From the IMG/VR virus record IMGVR_UViG_3300023181_000001, positions 94,509 through 146,648 of that record: 52,140 nt of DNA. One strand, 5' to 3'. Below are positions 15,455 to 25,071 of the stretch, in pieces. The position numbers and the translations under genes were made by a program. The stretch comes from a virus. Its lineage: Duplodnaviria; Heunggongvirae; Uroviricota; Caudoviricetes. The first letter of the stretch is position 1, and every line of letters starts with the position of its first letter. The notes beneath the pieces are model-generated. The model was not told the origin of the DNA, made no database searches, and was given only the letters and a program-made list of their open reading frames with translations.

Positions 15455-17506
15455 TTATTTTAGCAAAATCTTTTTTGAGAATGTCTTTCCATCAACATCC
15501 AATTTCACTATTACACAATCAGCTTCGATTCTTTCCGTTTTGAAGTTAGTGTTATTGGCAGTCTGATTATATAGCAATTTTCCCGATAAATCATAAACTT
15601 CTATTGATTTTACTGTTTCTTTACTATTTACTGTAATTATGTTATTTGAAGCATAGATATTACATTCTAGTTTGCTTTCTTTTACGGTCAAACTACTATT
15701 TAAGTATTTTAAAACAAACCTCTCTTTAAAATTTCCCACCGAAGTACTGAAAGCGTAAGAAGAGTTTTTTAAGTTGTGAACTAAGTTTAAAACTTTGTCT
15801 TCCAAGTAAATATCTTGATTATCAAAAACTCCTTCAAAACTACCTAAAGAAATATTGAAACCTCCTTGTGTTGCAGCCGAATATCCTAATTTAACTTCGT
15901 CTGTGTCTTGAAAAACAGCCTTTCCTTGGATTGCCAATTCCTTATTGTCTAAAATAGAGTATAAATAACTTCCTGAACTTTTTGTTTTTCCGTCATACAA
16001 GTTGTCAAACCCGTCATTTGCTTCTGCTAGATACCCTAAAAGAATTTGAGAGAATCTAGTATTTTCAGAGTTTACAAGATTCAGCCATAATCTTCCTTCT
16101 TGACCATTCCTAAAAAACTGCGTGTTTGTACTGCCTAAAGTTCTCATTGAATTATTAAAAACGATTTCTGAACTTGTAGCAGTCTCTACAAAGAATCCCT
16201 GTCCTGAACCAATATATCCATTAGGCGTTTCTCCTGCTCCTGTAGCTGTTCCTCCTGTCAGATTAAAACAAGCATAGTCTGCACTATTATAACTGTAATT
16301 GCCCTCTGAATTAGGAATACTGCTCACTGGAGTGTTGTGCGTCCAAAAATATAAAGTTCCCACAGAATTTTGCAAGATAAATTTTCTAGCGTCTAAAGAA
16401 CTCGGATAAGGATTTCCTAAAAGTGCCAAACCTGTAGATGTTGTTACTTTTGCCACGCCATTATTTAAGACTCCCGAGAAAGTGGCTGAAAATACTTCGG
16501 GCGTTCCTGAAATTGTAAAGGTCTGAGGGGCTCTTACTATATATCCCAAGGCTTTCTGCATTACTTCATTACCTGACGGAATTACCTGCCAGCTTTGATT
16601 GGCGGAGTTCCATTTAAAATACTTATCTGATAAAGTTAGAGGCGATAGATTGAAAAGAGTCTGATTTGCAACAGGAGAAGACCAATAAGTGTAATCATAT
16701 CTTGTCATAGGTTTTGCTGTTCTTTTTACTATGGCATTGCCTAAATTAATGGAATAGTCGTTCACTTGAATAAGATTTCCTCCGTTATTGACTGTTAGAC
16801 TGCCGTAGTTTTTAACAGAGTTTGTAACTGAAATTGTAATGCCTGTATTCACAGTTAATGATTTTCCCGTATTGATCGTTAGGGAACAGCATCTGAATCC
16901 TAAACCTGAAAAGTCCTCTGCTATGATAGCTGTCTTGTCTGTTGGTGTAGTAGGGTTCTGTCCGTTATACCAGCCTAAAACTCCATTTACTGTCTTCCAA
17001 GTGGCTGTGTTGTTTTGATCTGTAGAACATTGGTTTCCGCAGTTTATTGTATTTGGACTGACACAAGGGTTTGTAATTTGCTGGCTGGCACAGATTGACT
17101 GTGGGATATTATTCAAGCCATTAATATTTCCCCCACTGCTGATATAGTTACCAGAGTTATTTGAAGTAACATCGCCTGATTGAATATTGATATTGGAAGA
17201 AGAATATATACAACAGTTACCATTCATTTCAAATTTGATCCCGCTGTTTATATTCCCATTTACAATGAGTTTGTTATTGCCCATCATAATGATTCTACCA
17301 TTATTACCTAACCTAGAAAGATTGCCGTTTATTGTAAGGTTTGCTCCTTCTACTAAGGTTAGTGTGTTGTCTAGTTTAAGCTCACTAGGATGCGTGTAAG
17401 TGTTGGAAAGTGTTGTGGGTTGGCTTACAGTGTTTTGTTGTGGTGTGGGATTAAATTGCCCGAAAGAAAGTGTCGTAATAAGTAATGCTCCTAATAGTGT
17501 TTTCAT
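15455..17506 (-). CDS. T9SS type A sorting-domain-containing secreted protein (host-like)
   Basis: Signal peptide MKTLLGALLITTLSFG|Q; YDYTYWSSPV, LLGNPYPS and GQGFFV blocks typical of Flavobacterium T9SS cargo; C-terminal IYASNNIITVNS...VYDLSGKLL...KKILLK. Confidence 0.85.
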   Translation of the reverse strand: MKTLLGALLITTLSFGQFNPTPQQNTVSQPTTLSNTYTHPSELKLDNTLTLVEGANLTINGNLSRLGNNGRIIMMGNNKLIVNGNINSGIKFEMNGNCCIYSSSNINIQSGDVTSNNSGNYISSGGNINGLNNIPQSICASQQITNPCVSPNTINCGNQCSTDQNNTATWKTVNGVLGWYNGQNPTTPTDKTAIIAEDFSGLGFRCCSLTINTGKSLTVNTGITISVTNSVKNYGSLTVNNGGNLIQVNDYSINLGNAIVKRTAKPMTRYDYTYWSSPVANQTLFNLSPLTLSDKYFKWNSANQSWQVIPSGNEVMQKALGYIVRAPQTFTISGTPEVFSATFSGVLNNGVAKVTTSTGLALLGNPYPSSLDARKFILQNSVGTLYFWTHNTPVSSIPNSEGNYSYNSADYACFNLTGGTATGAGETPNGYIGSGQGFFVETATSSEIVFNNSMRTLGSTNTQFFRNGQEGRLWLNLVNSENTRFSQILLGYLAEANDGFDNLYDGKTKSSGSYLYSILDNKELAIQGKAVFQDTDEVKLGYSAATQGGFNISLGSFEGVFDNQDIYLEDKVLNLVHNLKNSSYAFSTSVGNFKERFVLKYLNSSLTVKESKLECNIYASNNIITVNSKETVKSIEVYDLSGKLLYNQTANNTNFKTERIEADCVIVKLDVDGKTFSKKILLK

Positions 17507-17752
17507 TTATTTTATGTTTGTTAGTGGGTAAGCTGTTAGTATTGATTCTTTGTCTATGTCATAATCTTCTTGTCCTTCTCCCGTGAATATTATTTCGGCC
17601 GATTCACTAGCGCATTTTAGAGCTTGCTCTACATGGTATTTGGCGAATTCAATGATTGAATCTAATATATCTTGGTCTTCAATGTTATCAATTACATCTC
17701 TCAATGGATACCCTTCTACACCTTCTTTTAAAAAGTATTCTGCTGTTTTCAT
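17507..17752 (-). CDS. hypothetical phage protein
   Basis: EFAKYHVEQALKCASESA...IDKESILTAYPLTNIK pattern; abuts the next gene. Confidence 0.65.
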   Translation of the reverse strand: MKTAEYFLKEGVEGYPLRDVIDNIEDQDILDSIIEFAKYHVEQALKCASESAEIIFTGEGQEDYDIDKESILTAYPLTNIK

Positions 17753-17766
17753 TTGTTTCTTTTGTG

Positions 17767-17949
17767 TTAATTATTTAAAATGTCGAAATTTTCTAAGTCT
17801 GTGGATTCTATAATAAATTTTCCAAACCCCATATCAACTTTGAAATATATTTTTGACTTTGTGATTTTTGTATATTCAAATTCATATCCAATATAAGGTT
17901 CTAACCAAGTATCATAAGCGTTATTATTTACTTTTGCCAAATTCATCAT
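17767..17949 (-). CDS. hypothetical protein
   Basis: Co-oriented ORF. Confidence 0.5.
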   Translation of the reverse strand: MMNLAKVNNNAYDTWLEPYIGYEFEYTKITKSKIYFKVDMGFGKFIIESTDLENFDILNN

Positions 17950-17953
17950 AGCT

Positions 17954-18484
17954 TTAAATTTTTGATTTATCTATTGCCAAACCTCTTTCAATTAATCCGT
18001 GTACGTCGAAATGCCATTCGTAAAGCTTTTCAAACATCTGTAATTGATTTTTTACTGAATACGTTGTTACTGGTTTAAATTCATAATCACAAACATTTAC
18101 AGTAAAACTTTTTTGTAGTTCGTCAAATCTAAAAACGATGTATTTGGCTTTCTCGAAAAATGGTGTTGAATGCATTGAAAGGGTTTCGAATTTATCATCA
18201 TTTATAACTGTTAAATGATTTTTTTCGTAATTATCTCCTAAAGAAATCTTCGCTAACTCAATAATCGGAATTATCTCTTTTCCATTATGCTCAATTTCTT
18301 GTGTAAGCATTGATAATGGATAAAGCAAAGGTTTGTAAGCAGGTTCATCTAAAACATACATAATGTCTATATGTTCATCATCTGTTTTATTCGCAGTCAT
18401 TATAGGATGACTGATTTTGCCGCATCTTATTTTTAAATCGTAAGACAAATACCCCGATATTTCTTTTAATGATAACTGTTCCAT
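17954..18484 (-). CDS. hypothetical Bacteroidota-phage protein
   Basis: YLSYDLK...KPLLYPLSMLTQEI...LYEWHFDVHGLIERGLAID pattern. Confidence 0.75.
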   Translation of the reverse strand: MEQLSLKEISGYLSYDLKIRCGKISHPIMTANKTDDEHIDIMYVLDEPAYKPLLYPLSMLTQEIEHNGKEIIPIIELAKISLGDNYEKNHLTVINDDKFETLSMHSTPFFEKAKYIVFRFDELQKSFTVNVCDYEFKPVTTYSVKNQLQMFEKLYEWHFDVHGLIERGLAIDKSKI

Positions 18485-18507
18485 TTTTTATTTTAATTTT
18501 GTTGAGG

Positions 18508-18543
18508 CAAATATATGAAGTTTAATTCAAAATAAAAGCCAAA
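18508..18543 (-). promoter_or_regulatory. putative promoter (-7 TATATTTG at 18508-18515; TTTG at 18540-18543)
   Basis: TAnnTTTGC match just downstream of a terminator, heading the small-gene region; 24-nt spacer is longer than usual. Confidence 0.65.
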
Positions 18544-18550
18544 GGTTTGT

Positions 18551-18592
18551 TAAATTAAAAAATCCCTTTGATATTTAGTCTCGGGGATTTTC
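18551..18592 (-). terminator. intrinsic terminator ending the virion/HNH transcription unit
   Basis: 8-bp stem AAAATCCC/GGGATTTT (18559-18566 with 18584-18591) running into TTTTTTAATTT on the minus strand. Confidence 0.7.
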
Positions 18593-18595
18593 GTT

Positions 18596-18751
18596 TTAGG
18601 CGTTTAGTTCATTAATTTGGGCTTGTAATTTTGCAAACATTGTGGCTACGTCTTCGCCGTCTTTGATAGGTTCGGCTAGCTGGTCTTTAGGTAGTGTTAG
18701 AGCGTTTAATTGTGCTACTAAGTTAAACCAATAAAATTTAATCTTGTTCAT
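18596..18751 (-). CDS. small hypothetical protein (not in the ORF track)
   Basis: Manual translation MNKIKFYWFNLVAQLNALTLPKDQLAEPIKDGEDVATMFAKLQAQINELNA*. Confidence 0.5.
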   Translation of the reverse strand: MNKIKFYWFNLVAQLNALTLPKDQLAEPIKDGEDVATMFAKLQAQINELNA

Positions 18752-18775
18752 TTTTGTTTATTTAAGTGTTTGTGG

Positions 18776-19522
18776 TTAATCTGTTATTTCTACCTTGTAA
18801 TTGTAAAGGGCTTCGTAGACTCTTGGGTCAATCAAATCTTTCCATTTGTCGGCAAGATTTTTGATGTGTGTTTCTTTAATTTTCTTATACGTTTCCCAAG
18901 CTTCTTCAGGAGTGTCAAAATATCCTGGAAAATCTTGATTTATTTTTAGGGGATAGCTTATTTGAAACCTTCTTTTCTTTGTGTTTTTGTAAACGCCCGT
19001 AGGATATAATCTACCTCTCTTTTGTATTTTTCTAAAAATCATATTTATTTCATGAGGTACAAATGCACAAGTTTCAGGAGAATAAATCTTATTTCCTTTA
19101 ATTAAAATATCTTTGTCTATTTCAAATCCTTGAACGTTGTTATCCTCAAACCATTGTGCAAAGTTTTGAAAGTTATGCCATTCTTCACAAACGGATACGT
19201 TATTGTATGTTGGAAATTCAAAAGACTCCTTTTTACCGTAGCATCTTTTAATTATACCCTTCCACGTTTGACTAATATTTAGATTCTTGGTAAACCCATA
19301 TTTACCTACCCCTTGAAACCCTACTCCCGCTATACTTCTAAAATTAGGGTTTTTTATACTTCCATTTTTAATATGCACAAAGTGTATATTCTTTAAAATT
19401 GTACCGTCATCAAATCTGACATCACAATCTTTACTTGTGCTATAGGCTATGATTTCTAAGTCACCTTGATTTGTAGTATACCTTTGACCGACCCTATCAG
19501 TCCTTCTTTCATTACTCCTCAT
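18776..19522 (-). CDS. HNH-like homing endonuclease with C-terminal AP2-like domain
   Basis: WKGIIKRCY, VSVCEEWHNFQNFAQWF, IDKDILIKGNKIYSPETCAFVP; AP2-like TGVY...GYFDTPEEAW. Confidence 0.8.
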   Translation of the reverse strand: MRSNERRTDRVGQRYTTNQGDLEIIAYSTSKDCDVRFDDGTILKNIHFVHIKNGSIKNPNFRSIAGVGFQGVGKYGFTKNLNISQTWKGIIKRCYGKKESFEFPTYNNVSVCEEWHNFQNFAQWFEDNNVQGFEIDKDILIKGNKIYSPETCAFVPHEINMIFRKIQKRGRLYPTGVYKNTKKRRFQISYPLKINQDFPGYFDTPEEAWETYKKIKETHIKNLADKWKDLIDPRVYEALYNYKVEITD

Positions 19523-22500
19523 TTTCTACTAAATTAGTTGCCCATGCCCACCCAAATATATTTTTCTTATCTGGACTGAGGTTAAAATAAGCATATGTAT
19601 TTCTCGCCTCTTCAAAGTTTTTAAATCTGTTGTAGTCTTTTATAAATGGTAAATTTTTAGAAGCCCATCTATACTGTTTTGAATCACCTGCAAAACTTCC
19701 TTGTGAAATAATATCTGTACTAAATAAATCGGTATTTAATAAGTCTTCTAACTTTCTTTTTGCAATAAGTGGGTCTGCTGACATCTCCTGTAACTGTAAA
19801 GGAAGAGCTACTGTACTTGATACTTGTTCAACCGCTGTTCTAGTTAAAAAATAATTAGCCATTGTCAAAATGTATGCTGGATCGTCATCGTCGTCGACTG
19901 CATTTGCTAATAATATCGCAGCTAATGCTAAAATATTGGCTATCGACAATTCAACAATAGTTCTTCTCAAATTTCTTTTTGAAACTTCATCCGTCATGTA
20001 TTCTTGCCAAATTCTCTTAATATCTTTAGGTTTTAATATATTCTTAGCAAGGTCATTTATCATATTGGCTGTAGTTCGCCAGTTGCCCTCCTGAAAACTG
20101 CCCTCAGAAATATTGTAATGGCGATTTTTGGTTTTCAGCTGTATAGAAATCAAAAACCAGTTAGCATGAAGTAGTAGAAAATTCGATCTAGCATCACGGC
20201 TTGCTATACTGCGTTGCTGGGATGGTATTTGACTGTCTACACGTTGCATTGCAGATGCAGTTCTAGTTGATATTGCCTCCAAAATCAAGTCTGTCTTGGC
20301 AACCGCTTCCTCTTCGCTAATATTTAACTGCTCAGAAATCCTAGTATAATTTGGTGCAATCACCCCATCTTTTACAGGAATTAAGTCTTTGAATAAAGGT
20401 TGTTTCTCCCAAAGTAATCTGTCATCTTTTCCATTATTAATTTCTTTGAATTGTCTGTATGTGACTACCTCGTTTCCATACACTCTGTAATCGTACATGA
20501 CTGACAACAGGACAGTCGTTGTTACTGGATAGTTGCCAATCGAATGGAGTCCCGAAGATGCTTTCAAAAGTCCTCTCCCTGCCCTACCTATGTAAGAGTT
20601 TTCAAACCTTTCTGTAAGGTTATATAAACCAAATCTTTCTCCGTAAACTCCTATCTCGGATTTTCCATTGTATTTCATCACCTCGCCAATCATTTGGGAA
20701 CCTTTCCTCGCAAATTCTTTCTGTGCCTCCTTGTAAGCCGTTCTGTCCAAAACTTCCCCCACAGCCACTTCTAAAAATTCTTGTGTCTTTCCTTGTAGGG
20801 CTGAAGTCAAAGGTACTGTCACACCCGCTAAATTTGAAAATCTTACCCAGCTGTTGAAAGTTCTTGCCAGTTTTCCTAAATCTACTTTTTTCCCTAAAAC
20901 TGTTACTTCTTGGCTGAATGTTTCTTTTACGCCATAGAAATTTGATTTTAGAAACGAGTTGAACATTTTATAGGTGTTTGTTGCCTCCGCTTTTTTGCCT
21001 GGATAATCTCTTTCTTTTGACAATATGAAATCTTCCAATACCAGCATATCTGAGATATTTTCTCTTCTTGCTTTGTATAATGCTGACTGTTGGTTGAACA
21101 TTGAGTAAGACAATAAAAGTTCGTCTGTTACATCTGTTTGGTCTTTTAGTTTTCTTACCCCGTAAGTCGGTACTGATAAAAGTGAATCTCCTTTTTTGGC
21201 GAGATTTCCTGATACATCCTGTCCTAAATCTGCTTCATCTTCTCTGATACCTGTCATATCTGAGGCGATTTCTTTTAGGGATTTTAGTTTATTTGAGCCG
21301 TCTGTTAATCTTCTTGTCGCGCTCCTTAAAAACTGCGGTAATTGGTATCTGTCATGTGTTGCTTGGATGCCATAATTTTCCAAGCTTTGATCGTTGTATT
21401 CTAGAAGTATTTTTCTTGCTTCGAACTCTTGAACGTTTTGCGTGGCGTTTCCTTGCTCGTCTATTCCATATCTTTGGTAGTATTCATCATTCCTTACAGA
21501 GTTTTTATAGGCTTCTGTGTATTGGTCTCTTTGCGCGTCACGATTTTCAATCCATTTAGGGTTTACATTTGCCATTGCGTCATAATAGCTCCAACTTGGT
21601 TTTACTTCTACTATACCGCTTTCAATAAAATCTAAAACTGCTCCCGATTGGTTTTCAGAGACATTTCTTTTTAGTTCTTCATAGGCTTCTGTAAATCCTT
21701 GCGGTTCTGTTCTTTTATAATACGGCAAAAGTTTTCTTCTGGCAAATTCTGATAAGACGTTATCATAGTCTGTTCTTCCATCAGTTAAGTTCCTTAAAAA
21801 ATCAGTCATTATGACAGACTCTCCTTTTTGTAACCTTTGTAAGTTTCTTCTCAGGGATTCTATACTGCTTCTGCCATTTGAAGTTACGTGTTTTAATATA
21901 AAATCAATTTCTTGGGGACTGTTTGAAGTGATTCCATTAGACTCTAAATCTTTTCTGTAGCTTTCATTAACTGTTGAAACTGATTGAATTTCCGTTGTTT
22001 CTTGTTCTTCTAGGATGTTTCTTGCCTCGGCGGTCTGAACTTCTAAAATAGATTGGGCATCCCTGACAGCTGACATTTCTATGTCATTCATATCAAATAC
22101 GTCTACCTCCGAAGGATTTGACATACTTTTATTTCCGCGAATTATTGTAGAGATTATTGACTGTTGTTCCCTAATGTTTTGTGCAAATTCTAAAGCTTCG
22201 GGCGAACCCACCTCCAAAAGTCTTGCCACCAAAGAGTTATTAGGATCAAAATTATCCCAGAAATCTTGAGTGAATGCGGTTGTTGCATTGTTATTTAAGA
22301 AGTCGAATTTTTCTTGCTCTGTACTTAAGCTATTTAATTCGTCTAAAAACTTCTGAGGGATTCCTTGTGAGTTTGAATTGGCTTTATAGAATTCTGAATT
22401 TAGAAGCATCAGGTTTTGCAATCCTACGACTTTTTGAGCTTCTGAAAAATCTAAATCCGATAAGTCTTCTGAGGCATCTAAAAAGTAAGTGAATTTCTTT

Positions 22501-25070
22501 AACTCTCTAGCATAGACTTCCAAAACTCCTTTTTTCAATTTTCCATCAGAATACCTTGGATTTGCTTCTTGGAGTTTTTGTTTTGTTAAATTTTTTATTT
22601 CCGCGATTTCACTTGAAGTGAGTTCTCCTTGTTTTTTTATTTCCCCGATTTGCGAGCGGTATAATTTATCCAACTGTAAGACATCATCTGGAATAGAAGT
22701 TCTATCAATTGTTACGCCGTTTGTTGTGATAGAAAAATTTTGAAGTTTCTCTAAGTATTTTGGATCAAAATAAGACTCAAATCTTTGAGTAAAAGTCTTT
22801 CTAAATTCTTTTTCCAAGTTGGCAAGCTGTCCTGATATTTCATCCCTATTTTGTGTTTTCTTATCAATGTCTTCTTGACTTAATTCTTTATTTGCTGTGA
22901 GATCTCTTTGCAAGGAATCATATTCGCTTTGCATAGAATCAACCTTTTCTTGAACTGTTTCTTTTGTTAGAGGCTCTCTTAAAATTACAGACAAAATTCT
23001 AGCTTTTTCTGTATTATCGACTTCTAATACTTTTTGAGGATCTGTTTCGTTTATTATCCCGCCATTATAGATAAGTTTCTTTAGTGTTGTAGGAATTTGA
23101 CTCTCTGGTAAGCCTAAAGCTTCTAAACGGTTTAAAAAAGGCTTAGTTTGGTTTTGATGTGTTGTTCTTTCTTGATATTGTGTTCTCTCTATAATTTCTC
23201 CCGCCAAATTTAAAAGTCCATCTCTTGAATTTATTAATCCTCCTAAGTGGGCATGCAACCAGCCTGTATCTGCTTCTGCTGTTCTTGAAATGTTGTCTAT
23301 ATACTCACGGTATTTATTAGCCTGTTCAGGAGTCATATTATTCTTTCTAATGACCCTCTCAACAATCAAATCTCTTGCTTTTGTGTTTGTTGCGGGAACT
23401 CTTCCTTCGATTGTAGAAATCTTTTGCAGAACATCGTCAATCTGCTTTGCAATAGCCTTGTCATTTATGCTTTCTCTGATTTGTCTCAGCATCGGAGCAA
23501 GTCTTGAAACTGTTGATTGAAATACTCCATTTTCTTCTGACGTGAAGTGTCTTGAATTTTTATCTGCAGTTTCTAAAGATTTCAAAAGTGAATTTGCTTG
23601 AGAATTTGCAACTGCTACTAATTGTAGAGTTGAATTTTTCAAGGAAGCTTCATCTGTAAGTGCAATTGTCTGTTTTAATTTATTTAAGGTGTTTTTATTC
23701 GCCGAGGAATTCCTTAGAGCATATTGCTGATTCAAGAGTGTTTCATAAGACTTCTGAATAGTTTGGGCTAAAGCTGTACGTCCTGTTGCATTATAGAGCG
23801 TATAAGACTTGTTCTCCTTGTTTCTTACATCTACGTCCAAGGAGTCATTCATAAGGTCTCTATAGACTTGTTCTGTGAATGTTTCTAGTTGGGTTTGATA
23901 ATTTGGCTGAAAGAAGTCATAAACTCTATTAAAGAAGTCTTTGAAGAAGTTTCTTAAAGTTGCAACAATACCGCCTTCCAAAGTAGTTTCACTTTCTCTT
24001 GCAAAATTATCTAAAAGTGAATTAGCTAAAACCTTTCCTAAAATTTCTTCTCTGACAGCATCTTCTAAGCCTTCTCCCTCTAAAGTTTCTGAGTAGATTT
24101 CAAAATATTGCTCGGCAAATTCCGCCCACTCTTTAGTTCTATGTACATTTCTTTTTTGGTTTGCTATCTGCTCTTGATCTAGAGTGGCAATAATAAAGTG
24201 GCTTACTTCCTCCGTTAAATCTGCTTGCGTTATGATACCGTCTTTAAAGGCTACAATGTTATTTGCCAAATCTGCTAGAGCTTTTGCCGATGGTTCATAA
24301 CCATTCTTTTGAGCATATTTTTCCGCCCACTTTTCAATGGATGTAGTCTTTACGCCTAACTTGTTTAATAGCTGTAATAGTTTCTCTTGTAGTTGATTTT
24401 CAGGGATGATTTGAATTTCTTCTAAAGCAGAATTATTTGCATTGGTTTCCAAACTTATCTCTTCTAAAGTCTTAATAAAAACGGCTGTAGACTCGTCAAA
24501 TCTTTGAGTAAGCTGGGTAAAAGTTTCTGATTTGGGAACTTCCTGTCTTTCTCTGAAAGTAATATTATTATCCTGTCCAACTAAGGCTGAAAATGCACCT
24601 TTATATCGTTTTGAAACTGTTCTGGCTACATCGGCGTAGACCGCTTTTTCCTGTTCGTTGTTTCCTGTTACTTCTAAGACTTTTGCTCCATCAACATCTA
24701 AAAAAGAATTCCCTGTAAGAATATCTTCTTTGATTAGAGAATTTACTAGTCCTGAACGGGTCTGAGGATTTATTGTAGTGTCAATTGTCATGAAAGACTT
24801 TCCGTTTGTAACTACTTGGATTTCAGAATTTGGTTTGCTGTTTTTAAGAGCCTCTTTTAAAGTTTGAAATTCTTGACCTTGGTTTTGAAAGCTGATTGGG
24901 GATTCTTCATTGTTATTATCCGCTAAAATATTTGTATATCCTTTTAGAGCTTCTTGAAAGTCTTGGATATGTGGGATATTGAGTATTTGATTGAAAACTA
25001 AAGAAGGTCTGCCATCAAGAGCGTTTACTCCAACTTGTCTACCATTCTTATAAATTATTTCGCACGCCAT
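19512..25070 (-). CDS. very large ejection/cargo protein (1852 aa): MxC N-terminal domain, zincin-like module, C-terminal hydrophobic helix
   Basis: Size and position in the virion cluster; LTEEVSHFII plus EEILG; TIVELSIANILALAAILLANAV. Confidence 0.7.
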   Translation of the reverse strand: MACEIIYKNGRQVGVNALDGRPSLVFNQILNIPHIQDFQEALKGYTNILADNNNEESPISFQNQGQEFQTLKEALKNSKPNSEIQVVTNGKSFMTIDTTINPQTRSGLVNSLIKEDILTGNSFLDVDGAKVLEVTGNNEQEKAVYADVARTVSKRYKGAFSALVGQDNNITFRERQEVPKSETFTQLTQRFDESTAVFIKTLEEISLETNANNSALEEIQIIPENQLQEKLLQLLNKLGVKTTSIEKWAEKYAQKNGYEPSAKALADLANNIVAFKDGIITQADLTEEVSHFIIATLDQEQIANQKRNVHRTKEWAEFAEQYFEIYSETLEGEGLEDAVREEILGKVLANSLLDNFARESETTLEGGIVATLRNFFKDFFNRVYDFFQPNYQTQLETFTEQVYRDLMNDSLDVDVRNKENKSYTLYNATGRTALAQTIQKSYETLLNQQYALRNSSANKNTLNKLKQTIALTDEASLKNSTLQLVAVANSQANSLLKSLETADKNSRHFTSEENGVFQSTVSRLAPMLRQIRESINDKAIAKQIDDVLQKISTIEGRVPATNTKARDLIVERVIRKNNMTPEQANKYREYIDNISRTAEADTGWLHAHLGGLINSRDGLLNLAGEIIERTQYQERTTHQNQTKPFLNRLEALGLPESQIPTTLKKLIYNGGIINETDPQKVLEVDNTEKARILSVILREPLTKETVQEKVDSMQSEYDSLQRDLTANKELSQEDIDKKTQNRDEISGQLANLEKEFRKTFTQRFESYFDPKYLEKLQNFSITTNGVTIDRTSIPDDVLQLDKLYRSQIGEIKKQGELTSSEIAEIKNLTKQKLQEANPRYSDGKLKKGVLEVYARELKKFTYFLDASEDLSDLDFSEAQKVVGLQNLMLLNSEFYKANSNSQGIPQKFLDELNSLSTEQEKFDFLNNNATTAFTQDFWDNFDPNNSLVARLLEVGSPEALEFAQNIREQQSIISTIIRGNKSMSNPSEVDVFDMNDIEMSAVRDAQSILEVQTAEARNILEEQETTEIQSVSTVNESYRKDLESNGITSNSPQEIDFILKHVTSNGRSSIESLRRNLQRLQKGESVIMTDFLRNLTDGRTDYDNVLSEFARRKLLPYYKRTEPQGFTEAYEELKRNVSENQSGAVLDFIESGIVEVKPSWSYYDAMANVNPKWIENRDAQRDQYTEAYKNSVRNDEYYQRYGIDEQGNATQNVQEFEARKILLEYNDQSLENYGIQATHDRYQLPQFLRSATRRLTDGSNKLKSLKEIASDMTGIREDEADLGQDVSGNLAKKGDSLLSVPTYGVRKLKDQTDVTDELLLSYSMFNQQSALYKARRENISDMLVLEDFILSKERDYPGKKAEATNTYKMFNSFLKSNFYGVKETFSQEVTVLGKKVDLGKLARTFNSWVRFSNLAGVTVPLTSALQGKTQEFLEVAVGEVLDRTAYKEAQKEFARKGSQMIGEVMKYNGKSEIGVYGERFGLYNLTERFENSYIGRAGRGLLKASSGLHSIGNYPVTTTVLLSVMYDYRVYGNEVVTYRQFKEINNGKDDRLLWEKQPLFKDLIPVKDGVIAPNYTRISEQLNISEEEAVAKTDLILEAISTRTASAMQRVDSQIPSQQRSIASRDARSNFLLLHANWFLISIQLKTKNRHYNISEGSFQEGNWRTTANMINDLAKNILKPKDIKRIWQEYMTDEVSKRNLRRTIVELSIANILALAAILLANAVDDDDDPAYILTMANYFLTRTAVEQVSSTVALPLQLQEMSADPLIAKRKLEDLLNTDLFSTDIISQGSFAGDSKQYRWASKNLPFIKDYNRFKNFEEARNTYAYFNLSPDKKNIFGWAWATNLVENEE

Positions 25071-25071
25071 T

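Noticed and set aside
19897-19915. DDDDD run as an RNA polymerase DxDxD motif
   Set aside because: It is an acidic loop right after a hydrophobic helix near the C-terminus, with no beta-barrel context
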